From Solirubrobacteraceae bacterium (GTDB lineage: Bacteria; Actinomycetota; Thermoleophilia; Solirubrobacterales; Solirubrobacteraceae), in assembly GCA_035503355.1 (NCBI GenBank), contig DATJTQ010000179.1:1-58475 (forward strand): a DNA stretch of 58,475 bases. The letters run 5' to 3'. This document shows positions 29,236 through 37,007 of this stretch, piece by piece. The notes under the pieces are model-generated. The model was not told the DNA's origin. It saw only the letters and a program-made list of their open reading frames with translations, and searched no databases. Made by a program: the position numbers and the translations under genes. The number at the start of each line of letters is the position of its first letter. The stretch's first letter is position 1.

Positions 29236-30261
29236 ATGAAGCTCGCCTTCGACAGCCGCCCCGCGCCGGTCTGGCATGGCGTCGGACGTTACGCGCGCTG
29301 TCTGCTCGACGCCCTGGCCGCGCACGCGCCGGGGGCGGTGGTGGAGAGCCCGGACCCTCGTCGTGGCGACGTGTTCCACTCGCCGTGGCTGGACGGCGCG
29401 CCGCTGCGCTCCCCCGTGCCCACCGTCGTCACCCTCCACGACCTCATCCCGCTCAAGCGTCCCGGCGAGTACCTGCGCACCGGCCTGCGCTTCAAGCTGC
29501 GCTACCTGGCCGTTCAGCGGGCGACGATGGTCATCGTGCCCACGCGGGCGGTGGCCGACGACGCGATGCGGGTGCTGGACATCTCCGCCGACCGCATCGA
29601 GGTCATCCCGCAGGCACCGGCGCACACCTTCTACCGACGGCCGGCCGAGGAGGTGGCCGCCGTCCGGGAGCGCTACGGACTGCCCGATCCCTACCTGCTG
29701 TGGGTCGGGACGCTGCGCCGTCCCGATCCGCGCAAGCGGGTGGCCGCCCTGGCCCGCGCTGACCGCACCATGCCGCTGGTGCTGGTGGGCCCGGTGAGCC
29801 GCTGGGCGCGCGAGCTGCCCGGTGTCCAGCTCACCGGCGCGGTCCCCGACGACGATCTGGCCGCCATCTACAGCGGCGCCCACGCCCTGGTCTTCCCGTC
29901 CGACGAGGAGGGCTTCGGCCTGCCCCCGGTGGAGGCGCTGGCCTGCGGCACTCCGGTGGCCGCCTGCGACGTGCCCGCGCTGCGCGAGGTCCTGGCCGGG
30001 CGCGTCACCCTCACCGACGTCGAAGACCTCGACGGCCTGGTGCGCCACGCCGAGGGGCTGTCGCGCCCCGCGCCGGCTCTGGCGCAATGGACGTGGGACG
30101 ACGTCGCCGCCGCGACCTGGGAGGTCTACGAGCACGCGCTGCACGCCGGCTCGCCGCGAGGCCGGCGCACGCCACGCGCGCCCCAGGTGGTGGCGCGCAG
30201 ACGAGGTTCTCAAGCTACGGGCCCGGGAGAGCGGGACGCGGCGTTCCCGCGCGGTCAATAG
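29236..30261 (+). CDS. Glycosyltransferase family 4
   Basis: VVTLHDL, FPSDEEGFGLPPVEALACG. Confidence 0.92.
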   Translation: MKLAFDSRPAPVWHGVGRYARCLLDALAAHAPGAVVESPDPRRGDVFHSPWLDGAPLRSPVPTVVTLHDLIPLKRPGEYLRTGLRFKLRYLAVQRATMVIVPTRAVADDAMRVLDISADRIEVIPQAPAHTFYRRPAEEVAAVRERYGLPDPYLLWVGTLRRPDPRKRVAALARADRTMPLVLVGPVSRWARELPGVQLTGAVPDDDLAAIYSGAHALVFPSDEEGFGLPPVEALACGTPVAACDVPALREVLAGRVTLTDVEDLDGLVRHAEGLSRPAPALAQWTWDDVAAATWEVYEHALHAGSPRGRRTPRAPQVVARRRGSQATGPGERDAAFPRGQ

Positions 30262-30282
30262 TCACGATTTCCAGGGGAGCCT

Positions 30283-30317
30283 GGGAGATAACGACCAGCT
30301 GGTAGTCGTTATATCCC
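30283..30317. promoter_or_regulatory. Inverted repeat (operator or hairpin) upstream of the secreted repeat protein
   Basis: GGGAGATAACGAC-N9-GTCGTTATATCCC; ATAACGAC/GTCGTTAT perfect. Confidence 0.45.
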
Positions 30318-30453
30318 ACGGTCGCCTCCGGGGCCGGCCCCAGCCCTTCCAGGCAACCGCACCTCCCGTCCTGGCCGCCGCTGACGTTCTCCACGGGCCC
30401 CTTTGTCAGGGCACCCATCGTGTGGAATCATTGCCTGCGGTGGTTGGACGGAA

Positions 30454-32325
30454 ATGAAGTCCTTTGGCGCGCTACGGACGGCGCTGGGCATGGCGGTGGT
30501 GGCGCCGCTCATCGCGCTGGCGCTGTGCCTGCCTGCCGCGGCGTCGGCCGACACCGTGGTGGTGGAGAATGCCCACAGCGGCACCCACTACGCGGCGACC
30601 AACACGCCCAGCGCCGGGGGCGGCATCTACCAGGATGTGGCACTGACCACCTCCGCGGGCCAGCTGGTCTGCGCCTCGGCCTGGCTGCGCACCCAGCTGC
30701 CGGCCACCGGCGCCTCGGGCCGGTTCGCTCTCTGGCTCACCGGCAAGACCGCCACCAACGGCGGCGCCACCGCCTACGGCGGGCTGGGCAACCTCGGCAA
30801 CTGGACCCAGGCCCAGACCTGCGTGGAGGCCACCAGCGCCCACAGCACGCTGCGGGTCCAGTTCTACCCCACGCCCGGGTCACCCACGACCGAGATCGAC
30901 GACGTCAACGTCCACACGTCGCTGGCGAGCAACGGCGGTTTCGAGTCTGGCTCCGGGCCGTGGAGGATCTATCCCGGGACCAAGTCCAACTACGTGGTCT
31001 ACGGCAACGCCCCGGGCGCGCCCGCCGCCTATGCCGGCTCGCACTTCGCTGCCACCAACACCGCGTCGGCCGGCGGCGGGATCTACGAGGACATCCCGCT
31101 CAAGACCACCGCCGGGCAGACCGTGTGCGGCTCGGCCCGGGTGCGCACCGAGTACCCGAACACCGGCGCGTCGGGCAACTTCACCCTGTGGCTCACCGGC
31201 ACCTCGCCCAGCAACGGCGGGGCCGCCCGCTTCAGCGACCTGCCCGACGGCAACGGCTGGACCCTCGAGCAGACCTGCGTGGAGGCCAGCAGCGCGCACA
31301 CCACTCTGCGCGTGCAGTTCTATCCGACGGTCGGCTCCCCCACCCTGGAGATCGACGACGTGGACGTGGTGCAGTCGCTGGCCGTCAACGGCGGCTTCGA
31401 CGACGGCAGCGGCGCCCCGTGGAAGATCTTCCCGGGGACGAGGTCCAACTACTCGGTGTACGGCAACTCGCCGGGCGCTCCGTCGGCGTACGCCGGCTCG
31501 CACTTCGGCGCCACCAACACCGCTTCGGCCGGCGGCGGGATCTATGAGGACATCCCGCTCACGACCTCGCCGGGGGAGACGATCTGCGGCTCCGCCGAGG
31601 TCCGCACCGAGTACCCGAACACCGGCGCCTCGGGCAGGTTCACGCTGTGGGTCACCGGGGGCGCGCCGTCGGTGAGCGGCTCCAGCGACTACTCCGGCCT
31701 CAGCAACGGCGCCAACTGGTCTCAGATGCAGTCCTGCGTGGAGGCGGCGACCGCCCACACCAACCTCCGGGTGCAGTTCTATCCGACCGTCGGCTCCCCC
31801 ACGGTCGACCTCGACGACGTCAACGTCGAGCAGTCGCTGGCCGTCAACGGTGGCTTTGAGCACGGCGGAGCGCCGTGGGCCGCCTATCCCGGCACGGGCT
31901 CGCACTACACCGTGTACGGCAACGGCCAGATCAAGGAGGCGGTCACGCCGCCGCCGGCTCCCGTCCAGCCCACGCCGCAGCCCACGCCGATCCCCACGCC
32001 GCGGGCCCGCCACGCGCTCAAGATCAGGCTGCTGATGAAATGGACCTGGCGCTTTGGCACCACCACGCTGCACGGCATGAAGATCGGCCACTTCCCCCAT
32101 CGGACCCGGCTGGCGGTGACCTGCCGAGGCCACGGCTGCGGGCGGCCCGCGAAGCTACGCGCCTCCGGGCTCAGGGCCGTGCACCACCTGCTCACACGCC
32201 TGACCGGCCACCGCTACCACGCCGGCGACGTGCTCACGATCACCTTCACCGCCCACGGGTGGACGCGCGAACGCGCCCGGATCACCATCCGCAACGGGCG
32301 CCTGCCGCGGGTGGCGCGGGGGTGA
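30454..32325 (+). CDS. Secreted protein with ~3 tandem 152-aa CBM-like repeats, Pro-rich linker and basic C-terminal domain
   Basis: Signal peptide ending AASA-D; NGGF..W units start at 30931, 31387, 31846; units end (I/L)DDV. Confidence 0.8.
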   Translation: MKSFGALRTALGMAVVAPLIALALCLPAAASADTVVVENAHSGTHYAATNTPSAGGGIYQDVALTTSAGQLVCASAWLRTQLPATGASGRFALWLTGKTATNGGATAYGGLGNLGNWTQAQTCVEATSAHSTLRVQFYPTPGSPTTEIDDVNVHTSLASNGGFESGSGPWRIYPGTKSNYVVYGNAPGAPAAYAGSHFAATNTASAGGGIYEDIPLKTTAGQTVCGSARVRTEYPNTGASGNFTLWLTGTSPSNGGAARFSDLPDGNGWTLEQTCVEASSAHTTLRVQFYPTVGSPTLEIDDVDVVQSLAVNGGFDDGSGAPWKIFPGTRSNYSVYGNSPGAPSAYAGSHFGATNTASAGGGIYEDIPLTTSPGETICGSAEVRTEYPNTGASGRFTLWVTGGAPSVSGSSDYSGLSNGANWSQMQSCVEAATAHTNLRVQFYPTVGSPTVDLDDVNVEQSLAVNGGFEHGGAPWAAYPGTGSHYTVYGNGQIKEAVTPPPAPVQPTPQPTPIPTPRARHALKIRLLMKWTWRFGTTTLHGMKIGHFPHRTRLAVTCRGHGCGRPAKLRASGLRAVHHLLTRLTGHRYHAGDVLTITFTAHGWTRERARITIRNGRLPRVARG

Positions 32326-33041
32326 GCACGCCGGCGACCACCCGGTGTCGCCGCGTCGGCCACAGCATCATCAAGGCCGGCGGCGATCTCGGCACCCTGG
32401 CGGAGCGCCTGGACGGCGCGGCCTGGGACATGGTGGAACTCGATGTCCTGGCCCGCGGCGACGAGCTGATCGTCGCCCACTCACCCGACGAGCTTGACCA
32501 CCCCACGCCGGTCCGCTTCGCCGACGCCCTCACCGTGCTGCGCGACGCGCTGCCGCCGAGCGTCGAGCTCGACGTCGATCTCAAGGCCACCGGATACGAG
32601 CACGCGGTGCTCGAGACGCTGCGCTCACTGGGCCTGGTGGAGCGCACGCTGGTCTCCAGCATGGAGGAGCCCAGCCTCCGCGTCCTGCGTGCGGCGGCGC
32701 CCGAGCTGCGGCTCGGGCTCTCGGTTCCCAAGGCCCGGCGCAACTACCTCTCGCACCCGCTGACCCGGCCGGCCGCCTACGCGATGCTGGCCTATCTGCG
32801 CCGGGTGATGCCCGCGCGAGCCGCACAGGTCGTGAGCGGCGGGCTGGCCGACGCGATCATGGCCCACTGGGGCGTGGTCACACCGGCGTTGGTGCGCGCC
32901 GTCAGCGACGCCGGCGGCGAGCTGTATGTGTGGACGGTCGACGACGCCCACCGGCTCCTCTCGCTGCATGCGCTCGGCGTCAGCGCGGTGATCACCAACG
33001 ATCGCGAGCTGTTTGAGCGGGCGGGCCTGGCGCCCACCTGA
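32322..33041 (+). CDS. Glycerophosphodiester phosphodiesterase family protein
   Basis: GTG 32322; VGH, MVELDV, IVAH, DLK, VWTVDD, VITND. Confidence 0.85.
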   Translation: MSTPATTRCRRVGHSIIKAGGDLGTLAERLDGAAWDMVELDVLARGDELIVAHSPDELDHPTPVRFADALTVLRDALPPSVELDVDLKATGYEHAVLETLRSLGLVERTLVSSMEEPSLRVLRAAAPELRLGLSVPKARRNYLSHPLTRPAAYAMLAYLRRVMPARAAQVVSGGLADAIMAHWGVVTPALVRAVSDAGGELYVWTVDDAHRLLSLHALGVSAVITNDRELFERAGLAPT

Positions 33042-33047
33042 GGCCCG

Positions 33048-33467
33048 TCACCGGGTTTGGAGCAGCAACGTCACGGGGCCGTCGTTGACAAGCGCGACCT
33101 CCATGTGCGCGCCGAACACCCCGCGCCGCGCGCCCATCAACTCGCAGAAGCGCTCATACAGGGGCTCGGCGAGCTCCGGCGGCGCCGCGGCGACGTAGCT
33201 GGGGCGATTGCCCTTACGGGTCTCTCCGTAGAGGGTGAACTGGCTGACGCAGAGGATCTCGCGCTCGCCCAGCGGCTCGTTCATCCGGCCGTCGGCGTCG
33301 GGGAAGACGCGCAGCGCGCGTACCTTGTCGGCCAGCCAGCGCGCCTCGGCCTCGGTGTCCTCGTGGGTGACGCCCAGGAGCACCAGCAGGCCCGCGCCGA
33401 TCTCGGCCACCCGGGCGCCGTCGACGTCGACCGAGGCGCGACTCACGCGCTGGACGAGGGCCCTCAC
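33048..33467 (-). CDS. dtd: D-aminoacyl-tRNA deacylase
   Basis: MRALVQRV, SQFTL, GNRPS, NDGPVT. Confidence 0.96.
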   Translation of the reverse strand: MRALVQRVSRASVDVDGARVAEIGAGLLVLLGVTHEDTEAEARWLADKVRALRVFPDADGRMNEPLGEREILCVSQFTLYGETRKGNRPSYVAAAPPELAEPLYERFCELMGARRGVFGAHMEVALVNDGPVTLLLQTR

Positions 33468-34492
33468 GCGTCGCGCAGCTCGGCGGCGGCCCGCTCGGGC
33501 GCGACGACGTTGAGCCCCACCCCGGTGCCGAGCTCGAACCCCGCCAGCTGGGTGAGACGAGGGACGATGTCGATGCGCCAGCAGAAGTGCTCAGCGCCGC
33601 GCGGCGCGGTCCGGACCCACAGGTTGACCGGGGCACCATGACCGAGGCGGCGCCGCAGCCGCGTCAGCGCGTCGTGCAACAGCGCGGCGGCCGTGGGGCC
33701 CTCCTCCTCAAAGCGCATGCGCGAGCGGCGCGGGATGATCATCAGCTGGTAGGGCACCGCCGCCGCCCACGTGGCCAGGAGAACCGCCTCGGCGTCGACG
33801 GCGATGACCCGTTCGCGCCGGCGTACCTCCTGCTGGAGCAGATCGCCGAGGAGGTTGCCGCCCATCGTCCGCGTCGCGTAGGCCCCGAAACGCTCCCGTT
33901 CACGCGCGATCGCCGCCGGGACGAAGTCCAGCGCGAACAGCTGCGCGTGGGTGTGGGCGATCGACGCACCGGCCCCCGGCCCCTCATTGACCATCAGATG
34001 CAGGCACGCCGCCTCCGGGTGCGCGCGCATCCGCTCGCGCCACACGTCCACGGCGAGCGCGACCTGGGATGGCTCGAGGTCGGCCAGCGAGCTCACCGGC
34101 TCCGCGGCGTTGATGATCACCTCATGGGCGCCGCGGGCGGCCCCGCTCCAGAACAGGTCCGGGGTGGCCGACGGCGGCGGATCGCCGGCGTCGGGGGTCA
34201 GCGCCGGATAGCGGTTGGGCACCACGCGCACCCGCCAGCCGGGCGTGTCGGGGGCGCTGCCGTCCTCGCGGATCGCGTAGAGCTCGGGCGGGGTGCACGC
34301 CTCGTTGCCCGGGGCGAACGGGTCCTCGGCGGCGACGGCGGCCGCGCGGTCCTCACCCGCGCCGCCTGCTGGGCGACCCTCGCCGTCCGGACCGGGGCGC
34401 GCACCGCCCAGTCCGCTGCCGGGGCGCCCCGCCCGCACCTCGGCCAGGATCGCGCGCTGACCGGTGAGCGGGTCGATGCGGACCTCAGACAC
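33464..34492 (-). CDS. galT: Galactose-1-phosphate uridylyltransferase-like (HIT superfamily)
   Basis: EVRIDPLTG, RVVPNRYPAL, HEVII, GASIAHTHAQ, LAGFELGTG; start 34492 or 34501. Confidence 0.85.
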   Translation of the reverse strand: MSEVRIDPLTGQRAILAEVRAGRPGSGLGGARPGPDGEGRPAGGAGEDRAAAVAAEDPFAPGNEACTPPELYAIREDGSAPDTPGWRVRVVPNRYPALTPDAGDPPPSATPDLFWSGAARGAHEVIINAAEPVSSLADLEPSQVALAVDVWRERMRAHPEAACLHLMVNEGPGAGASIAHTHAQLFALDFVPAAIARERERFGAYATRTMGGNLLGDLLQQEVRRRERVIAVDAEAVLLATWAAAVPYQLMIIPRRSRMRFEEEGPTAAALLHDALTRLRRRLGHGAPVNLWVRTAPRGAEHFCWRIDIVPRLTQLAGFELGTGVGLNVVAPERAAAELRDA

Positions 34493-34604
34493 GACGCGCA
34501 CGCTAGCGGTCCCCTGGCCGGGAGGGCTCGACCCGGGCAGACGGTCCGCCGTCCGCCCAGAGCATTACGGCCGATTGACATGCCGAACCCTACGATGGCC
34601 GGTC

Positions 34605-35927
34605 GTGCCGGGCGATAGCTCCACCGTCACAGCGAGCGCAGACCCGACGGGCCCGGTAGTGGGCGCCGTCGTGCTGGGGATGGGACGCAGCGGAACCAGC
34701 GCGGTGACGCGGGCCCTCGTCGCGTCGGGCTTCTTCGCCGGAGCGGAGTCAGACCTCATGGAGCCCAACGTCGCCAACCCCAAGGGGTTCTGGGAGAACC
34801 TGCTCGTGTACCGCCTCAATGAGGAGATCCTCGGCCTCCTCGACGCCACCTGGTTCACTCCGCCGCCGCGGGAGGCGAAGCTGGCCGCGCGCTCGTGGGC
34901 GGTGCCCAGGGTGCAGGCGGTCTTCCAGCGCCTGTCCGCGGGTGCCGGCGGCGCCCCGATCGCGCTCAAGGAGCCGCGCATCGGTGTGCTGCTGGAGGTG
35001 TGGGGTCCGGTGATCGACGCGTCGCTGCACCCTGTCCTGGTCGTCCGCAACCCCGTCGAGGTCGCCACTTCACTGCGGGCCCGCGACGGCACTCCGTCGG
35101 CGTTCGCGCTCGCCAGCTGGCAGCTGCATATGGCCGGCCTGCTGGACCACCTCCGCGGCCGGACGGTCACCGTCGCCCCCTATTCGCAGCTCGTGCTCGC
35201 GCCGCAGGCGGTGCGCCGGTTCATCACCGACGTGAGGGACCAGATCGCACCACACCCTCGCTCCCGGATCGACCCGGACGCGGCCCTGGACGCCATCGCG
35301 CCCGAGCTTCACCGTGAGCATGCCGGCACGGCCGAGCTCGATGATCACCTGACCGGCCGCCAGGCGGAGCTGTGGCGGTTCCTCTCCGGCCTGGAGCTCG
35401 GGACCCGGGTGCTTCAGGTGCCGTCCGAGCTGACGCGCGCCAGTGAGCCGGCTCGGGCGCTCGCCGAACACGAGATCGCGCGCACGCACTACCAGCTGAG
35501 TCCCGTCGGGCTCGAGGCTCAGGTCCGCGCCTGCCAAGCGGCGGTCGCCGATCTGCGCGGGGCGCTGGTGGGGGCGGAGCGGTCCCGGGACGCCGCCACC
35601 GAGGCGCTGGCCACCGTCCGCGCGCACGCGCAGCGCGCCGAGATCGCGCGGGCCCGGGCCGAGGCCCGGCTGGCGGCGATCCAGCGCTCGCAGAGCTGGC
35701 GGGTCACCGCGCCGCTGCGCGGCGTGAGGCGCCTGGCGCGCCGGCTTGGCTCAGGAGAGGTGCTTCTCCATGGCGATGTGCTCGATCCCGGCCTCCATGA
35801 AGATGCGCCCGCGCGGCTCGTACCCGGCAGCCTCGTAGAGGGAGCGGGCGTAGGTCTGGGCGTGGAGGACGAGGCGGCGGGCGCCCCCGGCGCGGGTCTC
35901 CTCATCGGCGAGGGCCAGGAGCGCTGA
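34605..35927 (+). CDS. Sulfotransferase-family protein with coiled coil
   Basis: VLGMGRSGTS PAPS loop, NPKGFWE, KEPR, RNP.EVA.SL..R; coiled coil then SQSWRVTAPLR; start uncertain. Confidence 0.8.
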   Translation: MPGDSSTVTASADPTGPVVGAVVLGMGRSGTSAVTRALVASGFFAGAESDLMEPNVANPKGFWENLLVYRLNEEILGLLDATWFTPPPREAKLAARSWAVPRVQAVFQRLSAGAGGAPIALKEPRIGVLLEVWGPVIDASLHPVLVVRNPVEVATSLRARDGTPSAFALASWQLHMAGLLDHLRGRTVTVAPYSQLVLAPQAVRRFITDVRDQIAPHPRSRIDPDAALDAIAPELHREHAGTAELDDHLTGRQAELWRFLSGLELGTRVLQVPSELTRASEPARALAEHEIARTHYQLSPVGLEAQVRACQAAVADLRGALVGAERSRDAATEALATVRAHAQRAEIARARAEARLAAIQRSQSWRVTAPLRGVRRLARRLGSGEVLLHGDVLDPGLHEDAPARLVPGSLVEGAGVGLGVEDEAAGAPGAGLLIGEGQER

Positions 35928-36194
35928 GGCGATCCCCTGGCGCCGAGCCGATTTGCGCACGGCGAGGCGGCTGAACTGCACCGTGGGCCCGACGAACACG
36001 AGCCGGCAGGTGGCCAGCACGGTGCCGTCGGAGATCGCGACGAGATGGACGCCCTCACCGTCGCGGCCGTCGAGCTCCTCATAGACGGGCACGCCCTGCT
36101 CGACGCAGAAGACGTCGTGGCGCAGGCGCAGCGCCGCGGCCATCTCCTCCTCGCCGTGGAGGCGACGCACCTCGTAGGTCAGTACCTCGGTCAT
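35751..36194 (-). CDS. GNAT N-acetyltransferase (ElaA/YjcF-like)
   Basis: LRHDVFCVEQGVP, RRQGIA, LHAQ..A..LY...GY, F.EAGIEH..M. Confidence 0.92.
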   Translation of the reverse strand: MTEVLTYEVRRLHGEEEMAAALRLRHDVFCVEQGVPVYEELDGRDGEGVHLVAISDGTVLATCRLVFVGPTVQFSRLAVRKSARRQGIASALLALADEETRAGGARRLVLHAQTYARSLYEAAGYEPRGRIFMEAGIEHIAMEKHLS

Positions 36195-36793
36195 CCCAGC
36201 GCGTACCTCCGGATGTCCTTCTCCAGCGACGCGACGGTCTCGTACGGACCGGCGTGATCGAACACCTCGTGACCCTGGCGGTCGATGTAGACGGTCTGGG
36301 GGTAGTAGGTGGCCGCATGGATGGTCCGGGCGATCTGTTCGTGCGGGTCGGTGTAGCTGGGATAGCTCACGGGGAAGCGCTTGAGAAACGCGGCCGCCGC
36401 GGCGTTGTGGTCCTTACCGTCGATCCCGATGAAGGCCACCTGACGGCCGAAGGCCACCGACGCGCGCTGGTAGGAGGGGAACTCGGTCTGGCACGGCTCG
36501 CACCACGAGGCCCACTTGTTGATGACCACCGGATAGCCGCGCAGCTGACGCAGGCGCGCGTCAAAGGCCTTGGTCCCGCCGGCGAGGAGCTGGTTGCCCT
36601 GTGTGTGGAGTGCCGCCAGGAGCGGAGGCGATCCGGCCAGCGCCGTGGTCACCGAGGCCTTGGACAGGTTCGCGCTGTGAGGCGTGCCGGACTTCGGCCG
36701 GGCCACCAGCACCGCGACCACCACCAGGGCCACCAGCAGCAGCGCCAGCGCTGCCAATCTCTTGCGCGGGCTCACAGGTGAGAAGGTTGCCAT
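36191..36793 (-). CDS. TlpA-family membrane-anchored thioredoxin
   Basis: N-terminal TM, WASWCEPC, YPQT. Confidence 0.9.
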   Translation of the reverse strand: MATFSPVSPRKRLAALALLLVALVVVAVLVARPKSGTPHSANLSKASVTTALAGSPPLLAALHTQGNQLLAGGTKAFDARLRQLRGYPVVINKWASWCEPCQTEFPSYQRASVAFGRQVAFIGIDGKDHNAAAAAFLKRFPVSYPSYTDPHEQIARTIHAATYYPQTVYIDRQGHEVFDHAGPYETVASLEKDIRRYALG

Positions 36794-36881
36794 ACCACCC
36801 GCCCGTGGTCGTCGTAAACCGGCTGGGCGCCTGCCATTACGGCCAGTCCGTTAGATCTGCTTAAATAACCGTTATCCTTCG

Positions 36882-36977
36882 GGTACGAGGCCGGGGGGAC
36901 GCTTCTGAGGAACTTCGCTGTGCTCGGCCTCGTGCTGAGACTGGCTGAGCCGCCACGACTTCATGCCGCGGCTCGCT
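36882..36977 (+). promoter_or_regulatory. Candidate structured 5' leader of the helicase
   Basis: 14-bp stem 36882-36895/36923-36936 with 3 G-U pairs; second stem 36947-36953/36968-36974; TATCCT -10-like at 36873. Confidence 0.45.
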
Positions 36978-37007
36978 CATCCTGACGCAACGCTCAACCA
37001 CTGATGG

